A DNA stretch of 54,640 bases from Minisyncoccia bacterium (GCA_047639165.1 JBLINH010000002.1:1-54640); one strand, 5' to 3'. Positions 1-8,672 are shown, numbered from the stretch's first letter. Made by a program: numbers and translations. The notes: generated from the letters alone by a model not told the origin.

Positions 1-53
1 GTTTTTTGAAGAAGCTGTCGAGACACCCGTGGACCATTCCGAGGATCGTTGAA

Positions 54-134
54 ATGACACATTCTACTATCTCCAGAAACCCTTATGGGGCTTGGTATAG
101 AAATTTCCGAGACCGAACAGGCCAGCAAGTTTGA
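54..134 (+). CDS. micro-ORF copy 1, 26 aa (MTHSTISRNPYGAWYRNFRDRTGQQV). The frame is also open back to the window edge, so it may instead be the 3' end of an off-window gene
   Basis: GAGGA lies 7 nt upstream of the ATG. It is colinear with and in the same frame as the paralog at 1739..1918. Three of the six core differences are synonymous third-position changes. Confidence 0.35.
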   Translation: MTHSTISRNPYGAWYRNFRDRTGQQV

Positions 135-173
135 GTGTAGTTCGGAGTCCGAGGTGCATTATAAATTAAAATT

Positions 174-1718
174 ATGTCCAAGAAGTTAGAAAACAAAGAA
201 ATACCTTCAACAGATATCTCTAAACATAAAATAGAAGGCTCAACCCTTAAGCCTCCTTTTAGACAGCTTACTGGAATGAGTCCTTCTTCATGGAAAGATG
301 ATAGGTTGCCAGAAATGCTCTGGGCGGTGGTATTAATTGGAAATCTAAAAAGAGAAGAAGCTCTCGATGTTTTTCGAAAAGTTTCTATATATGTAAGTAA
401 GAAACCTGAATTATCAGATGTTACTCATACAGGAATAGCTGGTTGGTCGAAAAAAAATAGGCTTGGTCTCGTAAATTTACTTAAAGAATCTCATCCTAAT
501 GCAGGAAAAGTTTTACAGTCTCTGGTGATATTTCCTCAACTCCCTGGTCACAGTGAATGGCTTGAAGTTTTGGGTAACCCAAGTGACGAAGGAGAAATGG
601 CAGATTTTCTTTCAAAAGGAGTGGTTGCGACTTTATGGCATCAATCACAAGAAGCGACGGATTGTAGGTGGGTTAGGTTCTTGTGTGAGATGAAGTTTTC
701 TAGTCAGATTGGGGGAATTGATGAAACCTTAAGGGGTGTATTTGAATATCCAAATTATGGAGATTTAAGACATGTCCGACCATTTATACGTGCTTCAGAA
801 ATTGGAATGAATATGCGAGATGAGGGCAAGAAGAATGAGTGGCCAGAAAATTTCTGGAAAGCTTGCATAAACTCAACTCTTTGTGCACCTTTGCCTAGAC
901 AAGAACAGCGAAAAGATAAAATTAGGGTTTGCCATGATCAGGTGAATAAAGTAAGGCATTTGCTTCTTTTACACTATATGAAGACAGATGAATCTTCTGC
1001 TATTGAGTCAAGACACGATTCTATTTTTGGTTTTGGTTTCTACACATTGAGATTGCTCGATGAGGTGGTTGCAACAAATCTTTCTCGCGGGGCAATCGGA
1101 AGAATTGTCCTTAGATCTTTTGTCGAGTCTTATATAACATTGGTCTACTTAATAAAGAAAGACGACCCATCATTGTGGGATGATTTTAGAAATTATGGCA
1201 TCGGTAAGATGAAGCTAAGTTACTTAAAGGCTCGGAATTCAAAAGATAAGCCATCATTTATTGATGAAGAGTTTCTGAAACAAATTACAAACGAAGACAG
1301 GTCAGAAGAATTTTCTGATATTGAGATTGGTCATTGGACAAGTCTTGACTTAAGAAAAATGAGTAAAGAAGTGGGATGTAAAGATCTCTACGATGCTTAT
1401 TATGATTGGACATCTTCCTTTTCACATGGAAATTGGGGAGCAATCCGTGAATCAAGTTTTGTTATGTGTGCAAACCCCTTACACCGCTTACACACTATTC
1501 CCTCAGTCAGTTTGCATCCATTACCTGGTGTATTAAAAGACGTTGTAAAGGTGACAAATCTTATTCTGAATCTAATTGAATCCCAGTACCCCGATTTCAA
1601 GTGTCAAATAACTGACGATCCAAAATCAGAAAAAATACCGTGGTGGAAAGAAATATACAATAGATTTCGTTACCGCAGTAAACAAAAGCTTTTTAACTTT
1701 ATAATCCGAGGTAAGTAA
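174..1718 (+). CDS. hypothetical protein, 514 aa. The helical C-terminal half is tentatively Abi-like/DUF5677-like
   Basis: Long uninterrupted ORF with an ATG start. No catalytic motif recognised. The segment RSFVESYITLVYLIKKDDPSLWDDF...SSFSHGNWG resembles Abi-type helical domains from memory only. Confidence 0.6.
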   Translation: MSKKLENKEIPSTDISKHKIEGSTLKPPFRQLTGMSPSSWKDDRLPEMLWAVVLIGNLKREEALDVFRKVSIYVSKKPELSDVTHTGIAGWSKKNRLGLVNLLKESHPNAGKVLQSLVIFPQLPGHSEWLEVLGNPSDEGEMADFLSKGVVATLWHQSQEATDCRWVRFLCEMKFSSQIGGIDETLRGVFEYPNYGDLRHVRPFIRASEIGMNMRDEGKKNEWPENFWKACINSTLCAPLPRQEQRKDKIRVCHDQVNKVRHLLLLHYMKTDESSAIESRHDSIFGFGFYTLRLLDEVVATNLSRGAIGRIVLRSFVESYITLVYLIKKDDPSLWDDFRNYGIGKMKLSYLKARNSKDKPSFIDEEFLKQITNEDRSEEFSDIEIGHWTSLDLRKMSKEVGCKDLYDAYYDWTSSFSHGNWGAIRESSFVMCANPLHRLHTIPSVSLHPLPGVLKDVVKVTNLILNLIESQYPDFKCQITDDPKSEKIPWWKEIYNRFRYRSKQKLFNFIIRGK

Positions 1719-1738
1719 CTATTCCGAGGTGCGTCAAA

Positions 1739-1918
1739 ATGTTAGAATTTATTTCATTAAAAAAGCCTTACGGGGCCTGGTATGAAAATATCCGAGACCG
1801 AACAGGTCAGCATGCAGAGGGGTATCTACCTAGATACCTAAAATTCAATAAAGCACCGAATTGCAAACCACTTGCACTATTTTTCCTATTTGATATATTA
1901 TGCAAGGTGTTTGCATAA
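1739..1918 (+). CDS. micro-ORF copy 2, 59 aa (MLEFISLKKPYGAWYENIRDRTGQHAEGYLPRYLKFNKAPNCKPLALFFLFDILCKVFA)
   Basis: GAGGTG lies 7 nt upstream of the ATG. Its stop is 1 nt before the Fur-family start codon. It falls below the 60-aa cutoff of the ORF track and shares the PYGAWYxNxRDRTGQ core with 54..134. Confidence 0.4.
   Translation: MLEFISLKKPYGAWYENIRDRTGQHAEGYLPRYLKFNKAPNCKPLALFFLFDILCKVFA
1898..1918. promoter_or_regulatory. inverted repeat TTATGCAA-ggtgt-TTGCATAA, candidate operator
   Basis: Perfect 8-bp arms with a 5-bp spacer, ending 2 nt before the ATG of the Fur-family gene. Confidence 0.4.
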
Positions 1919-1919
1919 T

Positions 1920-2255
1920 ATGAGAACAAATATATACAAAGACAAAATAATAAAACTACTTAAGACAAAACATCTCTTAAGTATTTCTGATATACATAAG
2001 CAAATATCAGATGCAGATTACTCGACTGTGTACAGAAATGTAGAGCAACTAATAAGTCATGGAGATATTAAAAAGGTTGTTATCGACAAAGATAAAATAA
2101 TGTACGAAGTTAATAATGTAGAAAGTCAGCATGACCATTTTGTCTGTACCGAGTGTGGTTCTATCGATGAGTTAGATAGACCTGTCTTAAAATCTTTAAA
2201 AAGCTATGTAATTACAGATATCCTCGTAAGAGGACTTTGTCATAATTGTAATTAA
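1920..2255 (+). CDS. Fur-family metalloregulator, probably Zur given the neighbouring genes
   Basis: HDHFVCTECGSIDEL...GLCHNCN shows the Fur-type metal and CxxC motifs. The first ATG is at 1920; the track start at 1872 is TTG. Confidence 0.8.
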   Translation: MRTNIYKDKIIKLLKTKHLLSISDIHKQISDADYSTVYRNVEQLISHGDIKKVVIDKDKIMYEVNNVESQHDHFVCTECGSIDELDRPVLKSLKSYVITDILVRGLCHNCN

Positions 2256-2273
2256 TAATAATTAACAAATAAT

Positions 2274-3032
2274 ATGTTTTCAATTTACCTATATTCTTTA
2301 CTCAGTGTTATTATCGTTAGTCTGGTATCCCTTGTGGGAGTTTTTACTTTATCTCTAAAGGAAAAAGTGTTGAGGAAGTATGTATTTCTTCTTGTCAGCT
2401 TAGCTGTAGGAGCACTTTTAGGAGATGCTTTCATACACCTTATCCCAGAATCTTTTGAAGTTATTGGAAATGGGACTCATGTATCTCTTGCGGTAATTGC
2501 TGGAATTCTTATATTTTTTATACTTGAGAAATTTTTACATTGGCATCACCACCAAATAGGTCCCGAAGAATCAGAAGTTAAAAAAATCCATCCTGTTGGA
2601 CACATGATATTAATCTCTGATGGAGTTCATAATTTTATTGATGGTCTTATAATTGGTGTTAGTTATTTGGTGAGTATTGAGGTTGGTATTGCAACAACCA
2701 TTGCTGTTATCTTGCATGAGATACCACAGGAAATAAGTGACTTTGGAGTTCTTCTTCATGCTGGATATTCAAAAACTAAGGCACTTTGGATTAACTTCCT
2801 GTCTGCGTTACTTGCTGTTTTAGGAGCAGTAGTTGCTCTTGTGGCTGGAAGTTCTAGTGAAGTGCTGACTGTATGGCTCCTTCCTGTTGCCGCGGGTGGT
2901 TTTATCTACATTGCACTCAGTGACCTTATTCCAGAGATGCATAAAACTAAACATATAAAATATTCAATTCTTCAAGTTGTTGCGGTGCTAGTGGGTATTG
3001 TGGCCATGCTGTTGTTACTTAACTTGGAATAA
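2274..3032 (+). CDS. ZIP-family metal (zinc) transporter
   Basis: Polytopic membrane protein with the HEIPQEISDFGVLL signature and a His-rich loop (HWHHHQ). Confidence 0.85.
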   Translation: MFSIYLYSLLSVIIVSLVSLVGVFTLSLKEKVLRKYVFLLVSLAVGALLGDAFIHLIPESFEVIGNGTHVSLAVIAGILIFFILEKFLHWHHHQIGPEESEVKKIHPVGHMILISDGVHNFIDGLIIGVSYLVSIEVGIATTIAVILHEIPQEISDFGVLLHAGYSKTKALWINFLSALLAVLGAVVALVAGSSSEVLTVWLLPVAAGGFIYIALSDLIPEMHKTKHIKYSILQVVAVLVGIVAMLLLLNLE

Positions 3033-3050
3033 AAAACTATAATTAACTTC

Positions 3051-4169
3051 ATGTCCAACGTATTAAAAACTTTTATAGTAATCGTCTTGTTTCTGTCCAT
3101 TGCACCTATTTTTGCATCGGCGCAAGTTCTCCATAACGATTTTCAGGGCACATTCCATGGCAAAGTTATAGAAGTGTTGGATGAAGAGATGCGTGAGATC
3201 CCTGGCACTGATACAGAACACTTATTCCAGACAATAGAGTTTAAGGTCTTGGATGGTCCTCAAGAGGGTGAGGTTATAACTATTGAAAACGATTATCTTG
3301 AGTTAGACAAGGGAGATAAGTTTTATTTTAATTACAATATATACATTGATGGTAGAGAGAGTTACGGAATTGTAAATATAGATCGTAAAGGTCCTCTTAT
3401 ATTTCTTGTCTTTATATTCATTGCAATTATTATTGCTTTTGGGAGATGGCAAGGAGTAAGATCACTCATTGCTTTGGCTGGTAGTTTCTTAGCAATTATA
3501 TTTATACTACTTCCTGGAATACTTAATGGGTGGAATCCATTACTTGCAAGCTTTTTAGTCGCCGGAGCAATTTTGTTTTTAGCTATATTTTTTACACACG
3601 GTTTTAATCGTGAGTCTCTTGTTGCATACGGAGGAACAATGATTGCTGTTGTATTGGCAGGACTCTTTGCAGTCTTCGCAGTGCATATAACTGATCTCTC
3701 TGGTTTTGCTTCTGATGAAAGTATATATCTTAACTTCAATACTGGTGGAACTCTGAACTTTACAGCTCTCTTGCTTGGAGCGTTTATTATTGGTTTTCTT
3801 GGAGTTCTTGATGATATTGCGGTTACTCAATCTGCCGTTGTATCAGAGTTGTTTAATAGTAATCCTGAAATGAGTAGAAGAGAGGTGTATAAACGAGCTA
3901 TGCGAGTTGGACGTGAGCACGTGGGCGCGTTAGTAAATACACTTGTTCTTGCTTATACAGGAGCAGCCTTACCACTCCTTCTGTATTTCAAACTAGGATC
4001 TGCGAGTTTTACAACTACCGTTAATCTTGAGATATTTGCTACAGAGATCGTACGAATAATTGTTGGTAGTACTGGTTTAATTTTAACTGTACCAATTGTG
4101 ACATTCTTGGCGGTTAAGTATTTGAAGGGTTATAAATCTAAGCATGGTCATTCACATGTGCACCATTAA
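3051..4169 (+). CDS. YibE/F-family membrane protein with a His-rich C-terminal tail
   Basis: Signal/TM segment, soluble N-terminal domain and multi-TM C-terminal half. GVLDDIAVTQSAVVSEL and REHVGALVNTLVLAYTGAALP are typical of YibE/F. The tail is KHGHSHVHH. Confidence 0.7.
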   Translation: MSNVLKTFIVIVLFLSIAPIFASAQVLHNDFQGTFHGKVIEVLDEEMREIPGTDTEHLFQTIEFKVLDGPQEGEVITIENDYLELDKGDKFYFNYNIYIDGRESYGIVNIDRKGPLIFLVFIFIAIIIAFGRWQGVRSLIALAGSFLAIIFILLPGILNGWNPLLASFLVAGAILFLAIFFTHGFNRESLVAYGGTMIAVVLAGLFAVFAVHITDLSGFASDESIYLNFNTGGTLNFTALLLGAFIIGFLGVLDDIAVTQSAVVSELFNSNPEMSRREVYKRAMRVGREHVGALVNTLVLAYTGAALPLLLYFKLGSASFTTTVNLEIFATEIVRIIVGSTGLILTVPIVTFLAVKYLKGYKSKHGHSHVHH

Positions 4170-4209
4170 TTAGTATTTTATCTTTTAAACAAATTTTACT
4201 TTTAATATT

Positions 4210-4514
4210 TTATAATACCTCTAGTTTTTCTAGCACCGGTCCATTTTTGAGTAGATATTTTAAATAATTCCTTACATTAATATCCTTGGTTTTAATTTCT
4301 TTTGTCTCACCACTAGTAACCTCCTGAAACTTTCAAAATCTTTCAATTTCATTTTCTTCTGATGTTTAGTTTTTTTCTGTGCAGATATTCCAGAGCCACA
4401 CGATCCACATTCCATAATTCTAGTGAATGCAAATTCTTTTGATCCTCAGGAGAAGTCATGTTCAGTTCGATCTCGAATAGGGGAAACCAACGACTCTGGT
4501 GGTGGAGGGTTCAC
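4210..4514 (-). pseudogene. decayed remnant of a large serine recombinase (zinc-ribbon region)
   Basis: The minus strand reads KEFAFTRIMECGSCGSGISAQKK, matching the FAFTGxxxCGxCGxxIT pattern of the recombinase zinc beta-ribbon. The reading is split over at least three frames with stops, and no N-terminal resolvase domain is present. Confidence 0.4.
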
Positions 4515-4619
4515 TTTTTAATACTTATTTATTTAGTCCTTTGCTAGTGTTAATGCCAATTACTTAGACCTATTTTTTCTTTCCATTTTATCCGTATTTC
4601 AGTTATAATTCCTACTAAT

Positions 4620-6023
4620 ATGAAACAGCAAAGAACATACTTAAAAGACTTAAAAGACCATTTAGAAAAAGAGGTTGTTATTAAAGGTTGGATTGATGTT
4701 AGAAGAGACCAAGGAAAGCTTATTTTCTTGGATTTTAGAGATGTGACAGGGAAGGCTCAGGGTGTAATTTTACCAAATGCCACAGAAGCAGGTGAGGTTG
4801 GTAGTACTGTTAGACCAGAATGGGTTGTAGAAGTGAGAGGAAAAGTTAACCCTAGACCAGAAAGGAACGTTCAAGCAGACAAACAAAACGGTGATATCGA
4901 AATAGAAATACTAGACATAACAGTTTTGAACGAAGCGACTACTCCTCCTTTTGATATTTCGACTGATGGAAAAGAGATAAACGAAGAGACTCGATTGGAA
5001 AACCGATATATCGATCTCCGAAGGGACAGAATGCAAGAAAATTTCAAAAAAAGACACTTGTCTTCTCAGTTTGTTCGAGATTTTTTTACCAAAGAAAACT
5101 TTGTAGAAATTGAAACTCCTTATCTAACAAAATCAACTCCAGAAGGTTCTAGAGATTATGTTGTTCCTTCTAGAATTTATCCTGGTAAATTCTATGCACT
5201 TCCTCAGTCTCCACAACAATACAAACAAATTTTGATGTCAGCAGGTTTTGAAAAATATTTTCAAATAGCTCGTTGTTTCAGAGATGAAGACACAAGAGGT
5301 GATAGACAGCCAGAATTTACTCAAATTGACATGGAAATGAGCTTTGTTGATCAGGAAGAGGTAATGAACACAAACGAAAGAATGATTATTGAATTGGTTA
5401 AAGAGATTTATCCAGAGAAGAAGATTCAAGAAATTCCTTTCCCGAGAATTTCATATAAGGAGTCTATGGAAAAGTACGATTCAGATTGTCCTGATATTAG
5501 AGAAGACAAAAAAGACCCAAATTTGCTGGCCTTCTGTTGGGTTGTTGACTTCCCGTTTTTTGAAAAAACAGGTAATGGAGGTTGGACTTTTTCTCATAAC
5601 CCCTTTTCTGCTCCGAAGCCAGAATTCATGGAAGACTTAATAAATAAGGATAAAATTGGGGAAATTGTAGCTGCCCAATACGATATTGTATTGAACGGTT
5701 TTGAGATTGGAGGCGGTGGAATTAGAAACCACAAACCAGAGTATCTACGGAAGACTTTTGAGATTATGGGGTATTCAGATGAAAGGATAGAAACGAACTT
5801 TGCTCATATGCTAAAAGCTCTTGGATCAGGAACTCCTCCACATGGAGGGCTAGCTTTTGGTTTTGATCGTATGATGATGATTTTGCAGAATGAACCAAAT
5901 ATTAGAGAGGTGATTGCTTTTGCAAAGACGGGAGAAGGAAGAGATGTAATGATGGAAGCCCCTTCTGAGATTTCAAAAGAACAACAGGATGAATTGGAGA
6001 TTATTCTAAAAGAGAAAAATTAA
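4620..6023 (+). CDS. aspS: aspartyl-tRNA synthetase, bacterial-type motifs but no GAD insertion domain
   Basis: Motif 2 is FRDEDTRGDRQPEFTQIDMEMSF and motif 3 is GGLAFGFDRMMM. An OB-fold N-terminus is present. Confidence 0.95.
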   Translation: MKQQRTYLKDLKDHLEKEVVIKGWIDVRRDQGKLIFLDFRDVTGKAQGVILPNATEAGEVGSTVRPEWVVEVRGKVNPRPERNVQADKQNGDIEIEILDITVLNEATTPPFDISTDGKEINEETRLENRYIDLRRDRMQENFKKRHLSSQFVRDFFTKENFVEIETPYLTKSTPEGSRDYVVPSRIYPGKFYALPQSPQQYKQILMSAGFEKYFQIARCFRDEDTRGDRQPEFTQIDMEMSFVDQEEVMNTNERMIIELVKEIYPEKKIQEIPFPRISYKESMEKYDSDCPDIREDKKDPNLLAFCWVVDFPFFEKTGNGGWTFSHNPFSAPKPEFMEDLINKDKIGEIVAAQYDIVLNGFEIGGGGIRNHKPEYLRKTFEIMGYSDERIETNFAHMLKALGSGTPPHGGLAFGFDRMMMILQNEPNIREVIAFAKTGEGRDVMMEAPSEISKEQQDELEIILKEKN

Positions 6024-6079
6024 AACGATAATGATAACAGTGGATAGTAGTGGGGTAGATGAAGATGTTCTATTGAGAA

Positions 6080-6095
6080 ACACCTATATAGGTGT
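6080..6095. promoter_or_regulatory. perfect 16-bp palindrome ACACCTATATAGGTGT, operator-like
   Basis: Self-complementary sequence read directly, 70 nt upstream of the MauE-like gene. It is followed by the hairpin accagat-aaa-atctggt. Confidence 0.35.
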
Positions 6096-6165
6096 GTAGT
6101 TGACCAGATAAAATCTGGTAAGGAAAAGAATACTGTTGAGGAGGTTATAAAAGTTTAAAAATAAT

Positions 6166-6657
6166 ATGATTAAAGAAAAATATACAATAAAAGATTTTGG
6201 TCCACTTATAGTTATATTTTCTATCATCTTACTTTTTTCAATCGTAAGCAGTGGTAGTAATTGGATGGATGGAATGAGATTGTTCATGGGGGGATTCTTT
6301 TTAATATTCGGTGCTTTGAAACTTATCAAACTAAAAGCATTCGCTGATGCATATCAGATGTATGACATCATCGCTATGCGTTCAAAAGCATATGCGCATG
6401 TGTACCCATTCATTGAAGTGACGTTAGGTATTCTCTTTATTGCTAATGTTAAGCCGCTACTTACTAATTGGATCACTTTGGTAGTAATGCTGGTCAGTGC
6501 TGTTGGTGTATATATAAAGCTTCGTAAGAAAGAAAAAATAATGTGTGCTTGTTTAGGAACTGTGTTCAAGGTCCCTATGACGTGGGTAACTCTATTCGAA
6601 GACCTACTGATGGCCGTTATGGCGATAATTATGATAATAAACCTTAGTATTAAATAA
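6166..6657 (+). CDS. MauE/DoxX-family membrane protein
   Basis: Four TM helices and a CACLG motif typical of MauE-like proteins. Confidence 0.6.
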   Translation: MIKEKYTIKDFGPLIVIFSIILLFSIVSSGSNWMDGMRLFMGGFFLIFGALKLIKLKAFADAYQMYDIIAMRSKAYAHVYPFIEVTLGILFIANVKPLLTNWITLVVMLVSAVGVYIKLRKKEKIMCACLGTVFKVPMTWVTLFEDLLMAVMAIIMIINLSIK

Positions 6658-6662
6658 AAAAT

Positions 6663-7124
6663 ATGAATAAACCAGTAATAGCTATGGTAGTAGTCACATT
6701 AGTAATTCTTTTAGGAGGAGTATGGCTCGTGGGGAGTCCTGAAGATTTAACTGATGATCCAAATAATCCAATACTGAGTACTAATGGAATTCATTACCAC
6801 CCAGAAGTAGAAATCTACATATACGGGGAGAAACAAGATATTCCATCAGACATCGGATTAGTTGGAGGGCACAGTCCAGTACACACACATGATACTGATG
6901 GCATTATTCATCTTGAGTACGGTAGTGGAGTCGTTAGGGGTGATGATACTCGTCTTGGTAATTTTTTCGAGATATGGGGCAAAGAATTTAATAGTAATCA
7001 AATTTTAGATCACGTTTCTGGTTCAGACGGAACAGTAACTATGACAGTTAATAGTGAACTGAATACTGAGTTTGAGAACTACAGAATGAAAGATGGAGAT
7101 AAGATAGAGATTAGATTTAATTAA
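6663..7124 (+). CDS. membrane-anchored secreted protein with His motifs
   Basis: N-terminal TM anchor, plus HYHPEVEIYIYG...GGHSPVHTHDTDGIIHLE. It probably binds metal; function unknown. Confidence 0.55.
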   Translation: MNKPVIAMVVVTLVILLGGVWLVGSPEDLTDDPNNPILSTNGIHYHPEVEIYIYGEKQDIPSDIGLVGGHSPVHTHDTDGIIHLEYGSGVVRGDDTRLGNFFEIWGKEFNSNQILDHVSGSDGTVTMTVNSELNTEFENYRMKDGDKIEIRFN

Positions 7125-7172
7125 GCTCTTCTATATACAATAACTACTTAATGTATTAACATATATATAATT

Positions 7173-8624
7173 ATGTCTAACGATGATATTTACTCAGAAC
7201 GGTTGAAAAAACTAGCATTACTAGAGGAGAAGGGTATTGACCCATATCCTGCACAGTCTTTTAGGACTCATGATAACGCTAGTTTTCTAGAATCTTTTAG
7301 TACTTTCTTTGATTCTCAAGAGAAAGTTGTTCTTGTTGGTAGGGTTATGTCACTTCGAGGACAAGGAGGAATTGTCTTCCTTGATATTTTTGATGGTACA
7401 GCTCGTACTCAAGCTCTTATAAAAAAAGATGATCTGGACGATGAAGTCTTTAACTTATTCGTAGATGCTGTTGGAGTTAGCGATTTCGTAGAAATAACAG
7501 GAACAGCTTTCACTACAAAGAGAGATGTTAATTCGTTACTTGCTACAGACTGGAGAATGCTTTCAAAGAGCTTAAGACAAGTTCCAGATGAATGGTTTGG
7601 TCTTAAAGATGACGATGAACGTTATAGAAAACGATATATAGATATTTTACTTAATCAAGAAACATCTGATCTTGTTAGGAAACGTTCAGTATTCTGGAAT
7701 GCAGTTCGTACTTTTATGTTGGAACGTGATTTTGTGGAGGTTGAAACTCCTGTTCTTGAAACAAAAACTGGAGGAGCAGAAGCTAGACCTTTTGTTACAC
7801 ACCACAACGCTCTTGATATGGATGTCTTTCTAAGGATCTCTACAGAGTTGTGGCATAAGAAACTTATCGTTGGAGGAATTCCAAAAGTGTTTGAAATTGG
7901 TAGGGTCTTTAGAAACGAAGGAATGTCTAGTGAACATGCACAGGACTACACACACTTTGAATTTTACGAAGCATACAAAGATGACCGTGATGGTGTTCCA
8001 ATGATTATTGATCTGTATCGTACTGTTGCTCAAAAAACATTTGGTACCCAACAATTTAAGATTGGAGAGTTTGATGTTGATCTATCTAAAGAATGGGGTA
8101 AGTATGATTTCAATAATCTAATGCAAGAGAACTACGGATTTGATCCTAGAGAAGTAGAGCTAGATGTGGTTAAAGAACAATTAGATAAGGAAGAAATTTC
8201 TTACGATTCTAGTCTTAATCTTGGGAGAGGAGTTGATCTACTTTGGAAAAAGATAAGAAAAACTATCGGTGGCCCAGCTATACTTACTGGAATCCCAGTT
8301 TACCTAGAACCTTTGGCTAAAAAGAACGGAGAAGATCCAAGAGTTGTTGATAGGTTCCAGATATTGTTAGGTGGGAGTGAAGTTGGAAAAGCTTTTAATG
8401 AGCTGAACAATCCAATAGACCAGCGTGAGCGTTTTGAAAAACAGCAAGCACTTCGTGATGCGGGAGATGATGAGGCACAGATGGCTGATTTTGAATATGT
8501 AGAGGCTATGGAATACGGAATGCCACCTATGTTTGGTTTCGGTGTGTCAGAGAGACTGTTTAGTTTCTTATCTAATAAGAGTATTAGAGAGACACAACTT
8601 TTCCCACTTATGCGACCGAAATAA
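7173..8624 (+). CDS. lysS: lysyl-tRNA synthetase, class II
   Basis: RVFRNEG, ELNNPIDQRERFEKQ and GMPPMFGFGVSERL...SIRETQLFPLMRP. Confidence 0.95.
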   Translation: MSNDDIYSERLKKLALLEEKGIDPYPAQSFRTHDNASFLESFSTFFDSQEKVVLVGRVMSLRGQGGIVFLDIFDGTARTQALIKKDDLDDEVFNLFVDAVGVSDFVEITGTAFTTKRDVNSLLATDWRMLSKSLRQVPDEWFGLKDDDERYRKRYIDILLNQETSDLVRKRSVFWNAVRTFMLERDFVEVETPVLETKTGGAEARPFVTHHNALDMDVFLRISTELWHKKLIVGGIPKVFEIGRVFRNEGMSSEHAQDYTHFEFYEAYKDDRDGVPMIIDLYRTVAQKTFGTQQFKIGEFDVDLSKEWGKYDFNNLMQENYGFDPREVELDVVKEQLDKEEISYDSSLNLGRGVDLLWKKIRKTIGGPAILTGIPVYLEPLAKKNGEDPRVVDRFQILLGGSEVGKAFNELNNPIDQRERFEKQQALRDAGDDEAQMADFEYVEAMEYGMPPMFGFGVSERLFSFLSNKSIRETQLFPLMRPK

Positions 8625-8672
8625 AATAAAGTTTGAATCGTCAACAAGTATTACAGTAATTTAAATATAAAA

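Noticed and set aside
36-1812. The 92-nt duplicated segment as a structured ncRNA, riboswitch, ribozyme or group II intron boundary. The ccgag|GTGCG sequence resembles a GUGYG 5' splice site, and a GGCYUG...CAGGYC stem shows apparent covariation.
   Set aside because: There is no intron domain V or ribozyme core. The region is too short before the next gene. The substitutions fit a conserved reading frame with synonymous third positions, a shared ATG offset and an SD. A coding interpretation is therefore preferred.
4455-4480. The minus-strand sequence attcgagatcgaac (coding IRDRT) resembles the micro-ORF core atccgagaccgaac. This could link the recombinase remnant to the duplication at the left end.
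   Set aside because: It matches at only 12 of 14 positions. A rough estimate gives a chance occurrence of order 0.3 in a window of this size, and the flanking sequence does not align.
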